Of a stretch of DNA of 64,000 nt, positions 61,351 to 64,000 are shown one piece after another. The notes beneath the pieces were generated by a model. It did not search any database, was not told the origin of the DNA, and was given only the letters and a program-made list of their open reading frames with translations. A program made the translations under genes and the position numbers. Origin of the DNA: Chiloscyllium plagiosum (lineage: Eukaryota); contig NC_057718.1 in the NCBI RefSeq assembly GCF_004010195.1, positions 16,584,192-16,648,191 on the forward strand, in the 5' to 3' direction. Each line of letters opens with the position of its first letter. Position 1 is the first letter of the stretch.

Positions 61351-62559
61351 AAACTTGTTTGTGCACTACCTCTCAGCTCCTAATGAGCTGATAGGCAAAC
61401 AATAGGCCATGCTTTCTCAGTGGTGGAGACAGCATGTTAGTCACCATCTGACACACTCACCCCTAGATTTAAAAAAAAGAAAAAGTCTTGTCTATGTTAT
61501 AAATGTCATGATGGCAAAGACAATACATTGTTAGAATAAAATCCTGTATCTCAAATCACTTATTCTTAAGCCTGAGAGAATGATTCATATGTAAAGGAAA
61601 GGACTGTATCTTCTCTATTAAAGGAATGAAATCAATTATTATAGATGCCATTAGGTCAATCAAACTCATCCTTCTAATGTTTCAATTCAGTCAACTTACT
61701 AATCAACTGGAATTTTAAATCACAAAGTTATTATAGTGTGTTTTTCTAAATCAAGAGCATAATGTTTTCCCTGGAAATTGTGGATGACGTAGTGAGAAGG
61801 GTAAATAGTGGGGTGAGTTGGCCTTGGAGCCTTTCTTGCCACCTCATCAATTAGATGCTGGACAAGAGGATTCATTGAGGACCTTCTTGACTCACAGTAG
61901 TTAACAGCCACTTAAGGACATCAGCTCATCACCGACCCCAAAATTATGAAATTTTGTGAAAAAAAATTAAAGAAAAGAGTAAAGAAAAATTCCCTATTGC
62001 GAATAAGTGGTGTTCTACCTGCCATGACTATTTGTCCCAATTTGTGGCTAAACAGGGGTAAGGATGGAGGCAAAAGGTAGCCGCTGAAAGTCACTCCCTG
62101 CCATTACCTCTAACTTCCCTCTCTCCCCATCTCCACCACTGAGACCTGAAAGATCCACATTCTTGCAAATTGATCCCCTGAAGGCTAGGCCTCCAGCAAT
62201 GATGTATAGGTCTCGGAAGCTACTAGCTTCTGATTGACCAGCAGCTTCTGGAAAAACAGGGCTACAATGACACAGCCTGCAATTTGCCAAGCAGCTCACC
62301 TGTCTCTCTTAACAAGGGTGAAACTTGATTTGGCAAGCTTTCTCATTGGTGTAAGCAAAGAGTCAGCTACCACTGAACATGCCCACATTAAAGCTGCAAA
62401 ATGCAATATCTTAGCTCATTTCGCTTGATTAAAAAAAACCTTAAATTTATCTTACACCAAGTGAAATGTATATCTTTTCATTTTTGCTCACTTCAAAGTA
62501 ATATCAAATAAAATGGGAGAGTAAATAGATATACTGTTAGGTTGCAGATCTGTCAAAAT

Positions 62560-63117
62560 GGTGAAGATCCTCAAAGGGATAAACAGTAGCTGTCATTCCT
62601 AGTAAACTGCTAAACACCCCACCTAGTCCCAATGTTAGCTGATATTGTTAATGGCACTCTCTCTTCAGGCATCATCCTCTCTCCCCAATTCTATCATCAT
62701 CGTTCTTCTTCTCAAAAAAACCCCTTAACTACCCTGCACTTACAAACTACTATCCCGTCTTCAATCTCATTTTCCTCTCCAAAGTTTTAAAACTTGTTGT
62801 CACATCCTAAATCCATACCCATATTTCCCAGAGGTTTGTGTTTAAATTCTTCCAATCAGAATTCCACTTCACACCACACCAAAACCGTTCTCTTCAAAGT
62901 GACAAATTAAATTCCGCACGACTGTGACAAAAATAAACAATTGCTACTTGTTCTTCTCAAGCTGTTTGCAAGCTTTTACACAGTTGACTACACCATCCTG
63001 CTCCAACCTCCATCTGGCTTGATTATTATTTGTCTAATCATGGTTCTTTCTACTCTTGCAAAATTACCCATGTTGACCACTAAAAAAACTGTCCTTTCAC
63101 CTTTCTACCTGTTATCT
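62560..63117 (+). mobile_element. Ancient L2 LINE RT relic
   Basis: NYYPVFNLIFLSKVLKLVV...TKTVLFKVTN...LLLVLLKLFASFYTVDYTILL, a degenerate NYRPISNLPFLSKVLE...TETALLKV...LLDLSAAFDTVDH block. Confidence 0.8.
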
Positions 63118-63470
63118 ACATAGAATCCCCACAGTGGGGAAGCAGGCCATTCAGCCCATCAAGTCCACACTGACCCTCTGAAGAGCATTCCACCAAGATT
63201 CACCTCCCTATGCTATCCGTGTAACCTTGCATTCCCCATAGCTAATCCACCCAACTTGCACATCCCTGGACACAATGGACAATTCAGCATGGCCATCCAA
63301 ACAACCTGCACATCCCTGGACACTATGGGCAATTTGGCATATGGGAGGAAACCAGGGCACCTGGAGGAAACTCATGCAGACACGGGGAGAATGTGCAAGC
63401 TCCACACAGATAGCCACCCAAGCTGAAATCGAATTCAGGTCCCTGGTGCTATGAGGAAGCAGTGCCACAC
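63118..63470 (-). mobile_element. HE1-type V-SINE, old
   Basis: V-domain, duplicated tgcacatccctggacac segment, tail tagaatccccacagtggggaagcaggccatt. Confidence 0.88.
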
Positions 63471-63879
63471 ATGCTTCCCTGGACAATGTCATCCAAAAGC
63501 AAGACTTTGTTGGAATAGTGACTATAGGCCAAAGATTGTGGGGAATCATATGCATTACCTCACTCAAGGAAGAAAGAAAGTCAGAAGCCAGGTAACAGAC
63601 TCTTAATAAACCTGTCCACAGCTAGAATGTACTGTAGATGGATAATCTAATAGATACTGTGACTTCAACACTTTCACAGTAAGAGGTTGCACACCCTGCC
63701 TGCTGGCTAGTCTGATTGGTCAGTACCTCAGCAGTCCAAGTAGCACTAGAGCTCAGTAGTTATTAAAAGCTCAACTGACCTCAGTATTACTCTATCCATG
63801 CCAAATTATGGGTGTGAGCTCTGAGATGGATGAAAAGATGATGAGTGAACTTGCTACTTCTTTGCCATTAGCCTAGCTC

Positions 63880-64000
63880 ATTGTTCTGTAACTCTCCCTC
63901 TTCCTCAACACTACCTATCCCTCCCCACACTATCTTTGTGTCATCTGCAAACTCAGCAACAATTCCCTCAGTTCCTTTATTCAGCTCATTAATTTATAAA
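63880..64000 (-). mobile_element. CR1 RT relic at the window edge
   Basis: tttgtgtcatctgcaaac is the reverse complement of FADDTK. Confidence 0.7.

Noticed and set aside
1..64000. CRISPR arrays, operons or other prokaryotic/viral systems
   Set aside because: No regularly spaced repeats or intact long ORFs; the sequence is vertebrate intronic DNA.

Overview
Eukaryotic, repeat-rich, AT-rich DNA from a cartilaginous fish. The HE1-type V-SINEs, CR1/HER1-type LINEs and Deu-domain SINEs point to a shark; the species cannot be determined from sequence. The window lies inside one host gene on the minus strand, SDCCAG8. I found two coding exons that the ORF track misses: 51909-52036 (128 bp) and 28990-29098 (109 bp). 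Both have canonical AG/GT ends and splice in frame across a 22.8 kb intron. The rest is intron filled with decayed, often nested mobile elements: CR1 and L2-group LINEs, HE1 and Deu SINEs, two clades of Penelope-like elements (PLEs), a DIRS recombinase relic, Harbinger-type Myb/SANT relics and solo LTRs. There is also a 500-N gap. Nearly all ORF-track entries are TE fragments or chance ORFs. I see no intact novel protein-coding system. The most interesting signals are: (i) PLE-derived fold-back insertions at three scales carrying hammerhead-ribozyme-like cores, including a TSD-flanked ~190 bp element with a perfect 62 bp stem; (ii) a 38 bp inverted templated insertion that replaced a catalytic RT motif; (iii) a Harbinger element with TIRs, a 3 bp TSD and a Myb/SANT gene relic in a three-layer nest; (iv) repeat-free, motif-rich segments that may be conserved enhancers. 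Family assignments come from motif recognition by eye, not database searches.
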